Shown: piece after piece, positions 10,307-19,953 of the stretch
How the letters are laid out: the number at the start of each line of letters is the position of its first letter
Numbering within the stretch: position 1 is the first letter of the stretch
Source of the DNA: a bacterium
GTDB taxonomy: Bacteria; Patescibacteriota; Minisyncoccia; Phycocordibacterales; UBA5272
Length of the DNA stretch: 64,000 bases
Assembly (NCBI GenBank): GCA_043719155.1
Contig: JAYSUJ010000022.1
Span: 10,448-74,447 of the forward strand
Reading direction: 5' to 3'
Program-made: the position numbers and the translations under genes
The notes under the pieces: generated by a model
Database searches by the model: none
What the model was told of the DNA's origin: nothing
What the model saw: only the letters and a program-made list of their open reading frames with translations

Positions 10307-10682
10307 TATAGTCGTTTATATACTCTTGCCCATAGTCAAAAGTAATTTCCTCTCCGGTGGTTATTTTTCTCTTAGCGGATATAAATATTCTTTCTTCACC
10401 TTCCATTATACTTTCTGCATTTGGGGCGCAGCTATGATTAAAATATCTAGCCACGTTGTATTGAGGAGAACCGTCCAGTGACCACTTCTCATCTATTTCA
10501 AATATATATCTATTTGGATTTTCATTGGCTTCTTCGTTGGTAATTTTCTTTCCGATATACTGCATTATCTTTGCACCTCTTTTAATTGTTTCTAATGCAA
10601 ATATCCCCCTACCAGAAAAGCTTGTCTTTACTATGGTTTTTGGGTATTTTTTAATTTTGTCTGTTTCTATAGCTTTTTTCAT
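10260..10682 (-). CDS. SET-domain protein-lysine methyltransferase with post-SET cysteine cluster
   Basis: GRGIFA, NHSCAPN, EEITFDYG and post-SET CRCAQC motifs. Confidence 0.8.
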   Translation of the reverse strand: MKKAIETDKIKKYPKTIVKTSFSGRGIFALETIKRGAKIMQYIGKKITNEEANENPNRYIFEIDEKWSLDGSPQYNVARYFNHSCAPNAESIMEGEERIFISAKRKITTGEEITFDYGQEYINDYIKKSGCRCAQCKKVS

Positions 10683-10773
10683 AAATATGTGGTATTATAA
10701 CACATAAGCGTATATATTGTGTTTTTAGAAAACAAAGTGTGACGCCGTTAACAAAAGTAATAAAAGTATTTAA

Positions 10774-11199
10774 ATGAAAACAAACAAAGTATTCGTTGCA
10801 GGTATCGCTTATCGCGACCTTGACGGAAATCCATTAACAGGAAGACATGGTGACCAAAAACTTGCAGACCTTTTTGGAAGAGCTGGTAAAATAGCTATGA
10901 AGAAATTGGCAAGAAGAGATGGTACTGAAGTTGAGGTTGTAGCAGCAAACATTGCTGTAGACCGAGACACAAAATTATCTCGTGGGTTCGGATTCGTAGA
11001 ATTTGAAACAGTTGAGGCTGCTGAAAAGGCAATCGAAATGTTCAACGGCTTCGAATTTGAAGGCCGTGTTATAACTGTACGTTTCTCAGAACCTCGTCCA
11101 GAAGGAGATGCAAGACCTGCACGTTCTTCAGGAGGTTACGATAGAGATGGCGGAAATGGTGGTGGTAACGGTGGTTACTCTCGTGACCGAAGAAATTAA
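10774..11199 (+). CDS. RNA-binding protein with RRM (RNP-1 RGFGFVEF) and Gly/Arg-rich C-terminal tail
   Basis: KVFVAG RNP-2, RGFGFVEF RNP-1, GGYDRDGGNGGGNGGYSRDRR tail; GC-elevated; own terminator. Confidence 0.8.
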   Translation: MKTNKVFVAGIAYRDLDGNPLTGRHGDQKLADLFGRAGKIAMKKLARRDGTEVEVVAANIAVDRDTKLSRGFGFVEFETVEAAEKAIEMFNGFEFEGRVITVRFSEPRPEGDARPARSSGGYDRDGGNGGGNGGYSRDRRN

Positions 11200-11212
11200 T
11201 TTCTAAAGTAAA

Positions 11213-11249
11213 AAGCACTTAAGTCGAAAGACTTAGGTGCTTTTTATTT
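11213..11249. terminator. Intrinsic terminator after RRM gene (convergent with atpC)
   Basis: agcacttaagtc-gaaa-gacttaggtgct + TTTTTAT. Confidence 0.6.
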
Positions 11250-11272
11250 GCTGTAATTTCTCTTTGATTATT

Positions 11273-11692
11273 TTACTTCTTTCTTAAATTTTTAAAATAG
11301 GCACCTCTTTCTGTCTCACTTTCAAAAGTTTCTAGGTCAAATTCGCTATTGTTTTCTTTATTAGCTAATTTTGCCCTCTCTAAACTTTCTTCAAAAGTTT
11401 TTAAATCTGCGTTTTCAGTAACAAGTACCTGATCTGCTAAGATCACTACCTCTAAAATTTCCTCTTTTGAGCTTTGTTTTACGTCTATCACCCCACCTTG
11501 CACCAAAAACCTTTCTTCACTTTTGTTCTCTTTTCTGACAACAATCTCACCAATGGAGACCACTGTTACAAGCGGTGCATGGTTTCTGAGTACAGTAATT
11601 TCTCCTGCTTGAGTCGGTACTGTAAAAGAGGCAACTTCACCACTAAAAAGCTTTGTGTCAGGGGTTAAAATTTTGAGTTTAAATGTGTGCAT
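11273..11692 (-). CDS. atpC: F1 ATP synthase epsilon subunit
   Basis: MHTFKLKILTPDTKLFSGEVASFTVPTQAGEITVL.. epsilon beta-sandwich + C-terminal helices; follows atpD. Confidence 0.9.
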   Translation of the reverse strand: MHTFKLKILTPDTKLFSGEVASFTVPTQAGEITVLRNHAPLVTVVSIGEIVVRKENKSEERFLVQGGVIDVKQSSKEEILEVVILADQVLVTENADLKTFEESLERAKLANKENNSEFDLETFESETERGAYFKNLRKK

Positions 11693-11693
11693 T

Positions 11694-13103
<1,410 letters not shown>

Positions 13104-13207
13104 TTAATTATAGCATTTTTTTATTTTATTCTAAAGTTTTTTATATAGACAGAGTTATTTATTTGTGTTATTATATATTTAGTGTCAACAGTGGAAAGGA
13201 TGATTTT

Positions 13208-13423
13208 ATGCTGAGTATTACCATGACACGGAAGGCAAAGTTCCTTCGCAATATGCTTATTGTTATCTTGATAACCACCTTAGGTCTAGCGGAGCTGCAA
13301 GGCAACGCAGGACTTAGCTCTATCCAGTGGATAGGGGTTGTAGTTGGAAAGTGGGCGGGTTACCTGCTCACTATCTACACAGGTTGGAAACTCTTGCTGG
13401 CAATGTTTGCGAAGGGAAAGTGA
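13208..13423 (+). CDS. Small hypothetical membrane protein (71 aa; ORF-track ORF starts 13163) antisense within ATP synthase operon, GC-elevated
   Basis: RBS GGAAAGGA 7 nt before ATG 13208; MLSITMTRKAKFLRNMLIVILITTLGLAE... two hydrophobic helices; followed by terminator. Confidence 0.35.
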   Translation: MLSITMTRKAKFLRNMLIVILITTLGLAELQGNAGLSSIQWIGVVVGKWAGYLLTIYTGWKLLLAMFAKGK

Positions 13424-13442
13424 GCTGTTAAATTGGCTTGCG

Positions 13443-13474
13443 CCGCTGGTTTCCCAAGATCAGCGGTTTTTTTA
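13443..13474 (+). terminator. Plus-strand intrinsic terminator inside atpG-atpD gap
   Basis: ccgctgg-tttcccaagat-cagcgg + TTTTTTT; on minus strand the T-run precedes the stem so it is not a minus-strand terminator. Confidence 0.55.
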
Positions 13475-14362
13475 TGCATTTGCACCCGCTGAGATTTCGG
13501 CAATTTCTTGAGTAATGCCATCTTGGCGAACTTTGTTGTATTTAATCTTCAAAGCATGCAACATTTCCCCTGCACTTTCATTTGCTCTTTTCATAGCAAA
13601 GCTGCGACTTGAGTTTTCGGAGGCTCTACTTTCTAAAATAAAAGAATACATAATCATTTTGATAATTTTAGGAATTGTTTTATCTATTAAGGTTTCCAAG
13701 TTTGGCTCAAAAGTGTAAATTTGATTTGAATTTGTAGCTACACTTTGCAGACTATCACCCAAAGTGTCAGTATAAATATTTAAATTTGAATTGACTGGGT
13801 AGAGAGTAACCGCACGTGGTTCGAAAACACCCATCTTTACAAAGTTTGTATAAACAGCATGAATCTTAGACACTTCATTAGACAAAAAGAAATTTCTAAC
13901 AAAGTTCTCAACTTTGGAAACCTGAGTTGGCTGTAAAAGCTTTTCTATCTCAAGGTAAGACAGCTTGATTTCTAAATCCAGTTTTCTTGCAATTTTTTCT
14001 GCGAATTTACCAAAGCAAACAGCATATTTTAAGTTTGGATTTTCATCTTTCAATCGCTTTGTTTTTTTATAAATGTTTGTGTTGAAAGAACCACACAAAC
14101 CTTTATTTGAAGCAAATAAAATTACTAGTTCAGGAGAGCTATTTCCACCTTTTTGACCATCAAAGAAAATATGACTTTCTTTACTTTCTTTTTTTATTTT
14201 ACTTACAACAAACTTAATTTCCTTAATGTACTCAGATATGTCTGTCACCCCACTCACAGATTTTTTCATTTTAGAAACCGCCACCATTTCCATGGTTTTA
14301 GTTATCTTCTTGATAGAAGTTGTTGCTTTTATTTTTTGTTTTATTATTTTTGTATTTGCCAT
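13472..14362 (-). CDS. atpG: F1 ATP synthase gamma subunit
   Basis: MANTKIIKQKIKATTSIKKITKTMEMVAVSKMKK.. and conserved C-terminal helix. Confidence 0.9.
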   Translation of the reverse strand: MANTKIIKQKIKATTSIKKITKTMEMVAVSKMKKSVSGVTDISEYIKEIKFVVSKIKKESKESHIFFDGQKGGNSSPELVILFASNKGLCGSFNTNIYKKTKRLKDENPNLKYAVCFGKFAEKIARKLDLEIKLSYLEIEKLLQPTQVSKVENFVRNFFLSNEVSKIHAVYTNFVKMGVFEPRAVTLYPVNSNLNIYTDTLGDSLQSVATNSNQIYTFEPNLETLIDKTIPKIIKMIMYSFILESRASENSSRSFAMKRANESAGEMLHALKIKYNKVRQDGITQEIAEISAGANA

Positions 14363-14388
14363 ATATTTAGTTCACAAAAACAATTGAA

Positions 14389-15897
14389 TTACAGAACAAT
14401 ATTGTTTAGCTCAGCAAAGCTTTTTAAAACCTCTTTCATCTTTGATATCTCGTCGTCTTTCCACTTTCCTGAATCTAGATCTTTTCCTAAATCTTTATAA
14501 TTTAAGTCAAAGTATTTATGCAGTTTATTTTCAACTTCTTTTACATTTTTAACATCTACATTTTTGAAAAATCCTTCGTTTAGCGCAAAGAAAGAAAGAA
14601 CTTGTAAAGCTACCGAAAGTGGCTCGCCATTGTTTTGCTTTAGTAATTCCACACTTCTTTTTCCATGCTCAATAGTTTTTTTAGTTTCGGGGTCTAGGTC
14701 AGAGTCAAATTGAGAGAAAGACTCTAACTCTCTATATTGAGCAAGTGAAAGTTTTATCTTTCCTGCATTTTTCTTCATCGGACTTGTTTGAGCCGAGCCA
14801 CCTACACGAGAAACTGAAAGACCAACGTCAATTGCTGGTCTTATACCTTTGTAAAACAAGTTTGAGTCCAAGAATATTTGTCCATCTGTAATAGAAATTA
14901 CGTTAGTTGGAATATAAGCAGAAACATCTCCTGCTTGTGTTTCTATAATAGGAAGTGCTGTTATAGACCCACCTCCTGCCTCTGTATTTCGACGACATGC
15001 CCTTTCTAAAAGTCTTGAATGAATATAAAAGACGTCACCAGGGTACGCTTCACGACCGGGTGGACGTTTCAAAAGTAGTGAAAGCTCACGGTACGCCACA
15101 GCATGCTTAGATAAATCATCGTAAACAATTAGTACATCCTTCCCTTGATCCATAAAATATTCACCGATTGCTACACCTGTGTATGGAGATAAATATGAAT
15201 AAGCTGGGCCTTGAGAGATCCCCGCTAAAACCACAACTGTGTAAGACATTGCCTCAGCTGCTTTTAGGTTTTCAACAACTTGGGCAATTTTAGATTCCTT
15301 TTGACCAATAGCAACATAAATACAAATTACATCTTTACCTTTTTGGTTTATGATCGTATCTATTGCAACTGTAGTTTTACCAGTTTGACGGTCACCAATG
15401 ATAAGCTCTCGCTGTCCACGACCTACTGGGATCATGCCGTCAATTGCTTTTACCCCAGTTTGCAGTGGTTGGGTTACTGGCTCACGCTTCATCACTCCTG
15501 GGGCAATTTTTTCGACAGGGTACATCTTGTCTTTTTTAATTTCCCCTAGCCCATCAATTTGCTCACCAATTGCGTTTACTACACGCCCTAAAATTTTGTC
15601 TGATACAGGTACCGAAAGCAATTCTTTGGTGCGTACAACCTCATCACCTTCAGAAATTTTAGCGAATGTGTCAAAAACTACTACCCCTGCGAAATCTTCT
15701 TCCAAGTTTAGTACTAAGCCTTTAACTTTATTTTTCCCGATTACAACAGTTTCCGAAGACATGACACCTTTCATGCCTGAAACTTTTAAAATACCGTCTT
15801 GTATAGATTCGACAGTTCCAATTTCACTTTCGACTGGTGAAAATTTAATTTCTCCAATTTTTATTTCTAAATCTTGTATTATTCTTTGTATTGACAT
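14389..15897 (-). CDS. atpA: F1 ATP synthase alpha subunit
   Basis: GDRQTGKT Walker A, 502 aa. Confidence 0.97.
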   Translation of the reverse strand: MSIQRIIQDLEIKIGEIKFSPVESEIGTVESIQDGILKVSGMKGVMSSETVVIGKNKVKGLVLNLEEDFAGVVVFDTFAKISEGDEVVRTKELLSVPVSDKILGRVVNAIGEQIDGLGEIKKDKMYPVEKIAPGVMKREPVTQPLQTGVKAIDGMIPVGRGQRELIIGDRQTGKTTVAIDTIINQKGKDVICIYVAIGQKESKIAQVVENLKAAEAMSYTVVVLAGISQGPAYSYLSPYTGVAIGEYFMDQGKDVLIVYDDLSKHAVAYRELSLLLKRPPGREAYPGDVFYIHSRLLERACRRNTEAGGGSITALPIIETQAGDVSAYIPTNVISITDGQIFLDSNLFYKGIRPAIDVGLSVSRVGGSAQTSPMKKNAGKIKLSLAQYRELESFSQFDSDLDPETKKTIEHGKRSVELLKQNNGEPLSVALQVLSFFALNEGFFKNVDVKNVKEVENKLHKYFDLNYKDLGKDLDSGKWKDDEISKMKEVLKSFAELNNIVL

Positions 15898-15907
15898 AGG
15901 TTTTTTT

Positions 15908-16300
15908 CTAATTTGCTAATAATTCCTCTAAACCTTTTTGTAACATAGTCTCTAGACTTGCGTCTATCATTCTGTCACGAGTTTTTATCTTTGCACCGGC
16001 CGACATATCTCTATCAATAATTATTTTAGCACTGCTCAAGTCTAAATTTACAGCACTTGAAACTTTTTTTAAAGCCTCTTCAGACAACTCCGTTTGCACA
16101 AATATTTTTGTCAATTTGTAGTCAGTTTCTTTAAGACTTTTTCTTTTTAGAATTTCTAGAATCTTTGGCAAAAGATTTGTCACTTCGTTTCTTTTAAATA
16201 TACCTAAAACTAAATCATGCTTACCATTTTCAAGCAAGTTTTCAATTAGATTTGCAATATTTTTAGAATTAAAGAGTTTTCTATTTGCCATATTTTTCAC
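15908..16300 (-). CDS. atpH: ATP synthase delta (OSCP) subunit, short form
   Basis: Position between atpF and atpA; C-terminal ..[25 protein letters not shown].. resembles delta C-domain; N-domain reduced. Confidence 0.65.
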   Translation of the reverse strand: MKNMANRKLFNSKNIANLIENLLENGKHDLVLGIFKRNEVTNLLPKILEILKRKSLKETDYKLTKIFVQTELSEEALKKVSSAVNLDLSSAKIIIDRDMSAGAKIKTRDRMIDASLETMLQKGLEELLAN

Positions 16301-16793
16301 TAAATACAGTGCTTACAAATTCACTATTGTTATCTCCATTTATTTTGGAGTTAAAAGATTTTAAAGATATTTGGGTAAGTATTTTAGAAATATCTTTACT
16401 CAAAATATTTTCTGCATCTTTTAGTCCAGCAGCTTTTGACAAATCTTTTTGCAAATTAGCTGCTTGCATTATCTCACTAGCCTTTTGTGAAGACTCCGTT
16501 AGAATATTTTTCGCATTCATTTCAGTTTTAGTAATCAATTCGCTTGCCTTTTGATTGGCTGCTTTGTTAATTTCTTTTCCTTCTAAATTAGCCAGCTCAA
16601 CTATTTTGTCTGCTTCGTTTCGCATTCTTAAACCTTCTTGAATTTTAGCTGTTCTTTCTGAGATGGTTTTCTTGATTGAAGGTAAAGCAAATTTTACTAG
16701 CAACACAAAAATAAGCAATAGGTTTATAAAGTGTGTTAGTGCCAAACGCCAATCAAAGCCAATTTTCGTGGCTATATCTGTTAATATTTCCAT
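16281..16793 (-). CDS. atpF: ATP synthase Fo subunit b
   Basis: Single N-terminal TM then long charged helix; operon position. Confidence 0.8.
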   Translation of the reverse strand: MEILTDIATKIGFDWRLALTHFINLLLIFVLLVKFALPSIKKTISERTAKIQEGLRMRNEADKIVELANLEGKEINKAANQKASELITKTEMNAKNILTESSQKASEIMQAANLQKDLSKAAGLKDAENILSKDISKILTQISLKSFNSKINGDNNSEFVSTVFSEKYGK

Positions 16794-16802
16794 GTAGGAA
16801 AA

Positions 16803-17018
16803 TTACATTATAAAGTAACCAACGAATGCCAAGATCGCAATAGACTCGATAAGTGCAGCCCCGATAAGCATTTTAGTAAAAATGTCACCTGATGCCTCTG
16901 GGTTTCTACCCATTGCTTCTAACGCTTTTGCCATCATAATTCCTTGCCCGATACCAACTCCCAATAGTGGTAACAACGCTATACCTTTTGCCAACATTTT
17001 TGCCGCTTCTATTTCCAT
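16803..17018 (-). CDS. atpE: ATP synthase Fo subunit c
   Basis: 71-aa hairpin proteolipid, GIGQG and conserved carboxylate (ALIESIAI). Confidence 0.9.
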   Translation of the reverse strand: MEIEAAKMLAKGIALLPLLGVGIGQGIMMAKALEAMGRNPEASGDIFTKMLIGAALIESIAILAFVGYFIM

Positions 17019-17046
17019 ATATTATTTATATTATTTTGTAATTTAG

Positions 17047-17082
17047 CACTAATTATTGATAAATTGATATTAAAACAATTTA
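17047..17082. promoter_or_regulatory. Perfect 10-bp inverted repeat (ttgataaatt-N12-aatttatcaa) in atpE upstream gap; candidate operator
   Basis: Seen directly; sits in AT-rich 136-bp gap between HExxH gene and atpE with TTGCAA/TAAATAT-like promoter elements on minus strand. Confidence 0.3.
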
Positions 17083-17154
17083 TCAATCTATTTTAACATT
17101 TTTTACTAGAAAAGTTTATATTTACAAGTTGCAAATTTACTGTTGAAATTGTGA

Positions 17155-18027
17155 CTAAACACCACAACTGTTCGTAACCTCTAGAAACTTTTCAATATCC
17201 CCGTCTTTTATTCCTCTAAAAAAATCCGTCATGTTGTTGTCAAAACCAATGTCATTTACATAGTGTAACTCCGCAAAGACTATATGCTCCTTTGTTAGTG
17301 CTTCGTCGCCGGAAAAACCAAAGTAGTTTTTAATCTGAGAAATTCTCTCCATTATTTCATTTGGCCTTTGCATGTATTCTCTGTCTTCTAAATTTTCAAT
17401 GAACATAAAGTTCAAGCCTTGATTAAAATATAAGCCTGCTAGACTGAAATCCAATTTTCTTAGCATGTGACCTTTTTCATGTGCAACTGCAACATTCATT
17501 GCTTTTAGAGGATATACCTTAGCATTTAATTTTTTCCCCCAATTTGGAACAACTCCTTTTTCCATTGTAGATTCCAGAACACTTTTTTTTGAAAGGTCAA
17601 CTTTTGTGTATGTATTGGATATCTCAATTTGTAGATCCAAGATTCTACTTAGCAGCTCTTTACTGTATGGAGTTTTATTGTAAAATGCAGCAGAAGACTC
17701 ATTGATAGCCTCATTCACCATGTCTCTCAATTCTTTGGGTATACTTACATCTACAGGGTTTTGCACATCCTGAAGAAAAGTATGGAAAAACGGTGTTCTG
17801 ATTAAGGTATACATGCCATCTGCAAATTCTCCGGGATTGTTCATTTGCGAATTTAAAAGCAGGTTCAAAAACTTTTCTCTCACTTTCAAATTTCGCAAAC
17901 GTGAATACATAAGTTCGCAGTCATTACATTCTAAATTTGGCTTTAGAGTTTCCGAATATTCACCACCTAAAGGTGATTTAAGTTTTTTAACTACTTTGTG
18001 TTCTGACTTTTGACTCGGAAATAACAT
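17155..18027 (-). CDS. Hypothetical soluble protein with HExxH (HEKGH) putative zinc-metallopeptidase motif, inserted between atpB and atpE
   Basis: AVAHEKGHML at residues 183-187 (nt 17467-17481); no signal peptide; 290 aa. Confidence 0.55.
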   Translation of the reverse strand: MLFPSQKSEHKVVKKLKSPLGGEYSETLKPNLECNDCELMYSRLRNLKVREKFLNLLLNSQMNNPGEFADGMYTLIRTPFFHTFLQDVQNPVDVSIPKELRDMVNEAINESSAAFYNKTPYSKELLSRILDLQIEISNTYTKVDLSKKSVLESTMEKGVVPNWGKKLNAKVYPLKAMNVAVAHEKGHMLRKLDFSLAGLYFNQGLNFMFIENLEDREYMQRPNEIMERISQIKNYFGFSGDEALTKEHIVFAELHYVNDIGFDNNMTDFFRGIKDGDIEKFLEVTNSCGV

Positions 18028-18033
18028 TTCATT

Positions 18034-18888
18034 TTAATGTCCCTCTTGTCCCACTTCTTTGACAACTAAAACATAGTATACAGCTGTCAGACAACCTATA
18101 ACTACCGTTTGTATTATTGCCACCATAAAGTCAAAACCTAGCCAAACAGCAGGAAGAGCTATAGCAAAAATACCAGTTAAAATAGCTAGTAAAATTTCCC
18201 CGGCAAACATGTTACCGAAAAGACGCAGTGAAAGCGAGATTATCTTTACAAATTCTGAGATAAGTTCTAGTAAGCCAACAAATAACTCTATCAAACCCAT
18301 AAAAAAACCACCTACTCCCTGCTTAGCACCATTCCAAACCAAATGTAGTGGCACAAACCTTTTAAAATACCCAAAGAAACCCCAGTTTTTAACCCCGAAA
18401 AACTGCATGGATAAAACAATGGTTAAAGCAAGAGGAAAAGTTACATTTATGTCACTAGTAGCCTTTCTAAAAAAAGGAACAATCTGCCCACCTTCTAACC
18501 AGGTGAACTGAGAAATTATAGGGAAAGACCCGATTATGTTTATGCTGCCTACTATTAGGAAAATTGCAGCTATTGGGAAAAGGAGTTGAACATTTCTGTG
18601 GGCTTTGCCCCCAGTTAATGAGTCAACAAGTGATTCAATACTAGTCAAGATCATTTCAACTAAACTTTGAAAGAAAGATGGTACCTCTTTAAATTTTTTT
18701 ACAGTTAAATAAAAAAGTATAAACAGTACTGTGATAAAAAAAAGAAAAGTGGTCGAATTTGAAATCGGCCAACTTCCAACATGTCCAAGAGTATCTGCCT
18801 TTACCCCTGGCATATGTGGGTGAGGAAAGAGTAGCTTTTGGGTTTCTGTCTGCTCAAGCTCAGGTTTTGCAACTTGTGTGTGTTCCAT
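18034..18888 (-). CDS. atpB: ATP synthase Fo subunit a
   Basis: LSLRLFGNMFAGE with conserved Arg, 5-6 TM. Confidence 0.9.
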   Translation of the reverse strand: MEHTQVAKPELEQTETQKLLFPHPHMPGVKADTLGHVGSWPISNSTTFLFFITVLFILFYLTVKKFKEVPSFFQSLVEMILTSIESLVDSLTGGKAHRNVQLLFPIAAIFLIVGSINIIGSFPIISQFTWLEGGQIVPFFRKATSDINVTFPLALTIVLSMQFFGVKNWGFFGYFKRFVPLHLVWNGAKQGVGGFFMGLIELFVGLLELISEFVKIISLSLRLFGNMFAGEILLAILTGIFAIALPAVWLGFDFMVAIIQTVVIGCLTAVYYVLVVKEVGQEGH

Positions 18889-18954
18889 AATTAATTTAAT
18901 TATACCATTTATTTTACAAAAATATACCTTGAAAAGTAGTGAGTTTATGTTGTC

Positions 18955-19638
18955 TTATTTTATCCCCAACTCTTTAAAGACTTCTTCGTAATTTGAAAGA
19001 GCAGCCTCTGCCTCAGCTTGTGTTAAGTCATATTTTACGCCAACGCGGACAATTCTTGTGCGAAGCTTATGTGCCTCCAAAGCTTCACGAACTTTTGTAA
19101 AACCCTTTTCGTAGGCGTCTGACAACATCTCTACAATTCCAGCACCTGTATAATTGTTTTCAATTAATAAGTTTTTTAAAACTGTGTCGAGTTCTATGAT
19201 ACCGATCTTCCATTCCTCCGGGAATCTGGAAGCTATATGGGCTTTACTTTTTTCAAATTTAAAAACATTGTGGGATATTTTAGCCAACTCGTCCTCCTTT
19301 GAGGGTACATACATTTTAGAAAATCTGTGATGTATATCGTGTACATGGTGGTCAAACTTATGTTTAAAATTAAAAAATTTGTAGATTAAAAATATAGCAT
19401 AAAGTACAAAGAATATTTCGAGTGCATTTAGAAAATAAATAAAGTTGATTGCAGTTTCACGATTTAAAAAAACGAGGAAAAAAGAAAGTATTAGTGTACC
19501 ACCTACAGTTATAATTGCCTTTAGAGCATCGACAAAAGGTTTAAATATACTTGGATGTCCATGGTCATCTTTTTTGACTTCTTTTGGAGCCTCTTTTTTT
19601 GCGTCTGCTGGTCCAGCTGGTTTTGGTGCGTCTGCCAT
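18955..19638 (-). CDS. Hypothetical membrane protein (N-terminal Lys/Ala-rich, 2 TM, His-rich loop, soluble C-domain) heading the ATP synthase operon
   Basis: MADAPKPAGPADAKKEAPKEVKKDDHGH..; position where atpI would be expected but 227 aa with extra C-domain. Confidence 0.45.
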   Translation of the reverse strand: MADAPKPAGPADAKKEAPKEVKKDDHGHPSIFKPFVDALKAIITVGGTLILSFFLVFLNRETAINFIYFLNALEIFFVLYAIFLIYKFFNFKHKFDHHVHDIHHRFSKMYVPSKEDELAKISHNVFKFEKSKAHIASRFPEEWKIGIIELDTVLKNLLIENNYTGAGIVEMLSDAYEKGFTKVREALEAHKLRTRIVRVGVKYDLTQAEAEAALSNYEEVFKELGIK

Positions 19639-19740
19639 GCAAAAAAGTATAGCAAACTAATTTTTTTAATTAATATTGACCCAACTTTAATTGTGTGTTA
19701 ATCTATGGATAAGTAGTAAACTCTGTACGGAGAAAAACCC

Positions 19741-19890
19741 ATGGATGCACTTCTACTTGCACTAACTCTGGCCTTTGCTGGTGCCACAGGATTTTTTTTC
19801 CTTGAGCATAGCAGCGAATGGAAGATGCTTGTTAGTGGCACCATGATGCTGGTCTCACTCCATCTATTCCTCAAGAGGACAAAGGTGTGA
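19741..19890 (+). CDS. Small hypothetical two-helix membrane peptide (49 aa), GC-elevated
   Basis: GGAG 8 nt before ATG; MDALLLALTLAFAGATGFFFLEHSSEWKMLVSGTMMLVSLHLFLKRTKV; terminator follows. Confidence 0.3.
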   Translation: MDALLLALTLAFAGATGFFFLEHSSEWKMLVSGTMMLVSLHLFLKRTKV

Positions 19891-19922
19891 GAGACTCAGC
19901 AAAAATGGGCTTGAAGCAAAAG

Positions 19923-19953
19923 AGCCTGTTAAAACGCAGGCTCTTTTTATATT
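19923..19953 (+). terminator. Intrinsic terminator after 19741 peptide gene
   Basis: aagagcctg-ttaaaacg-caggctctt + TTTAT. Confidence 0.5.
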
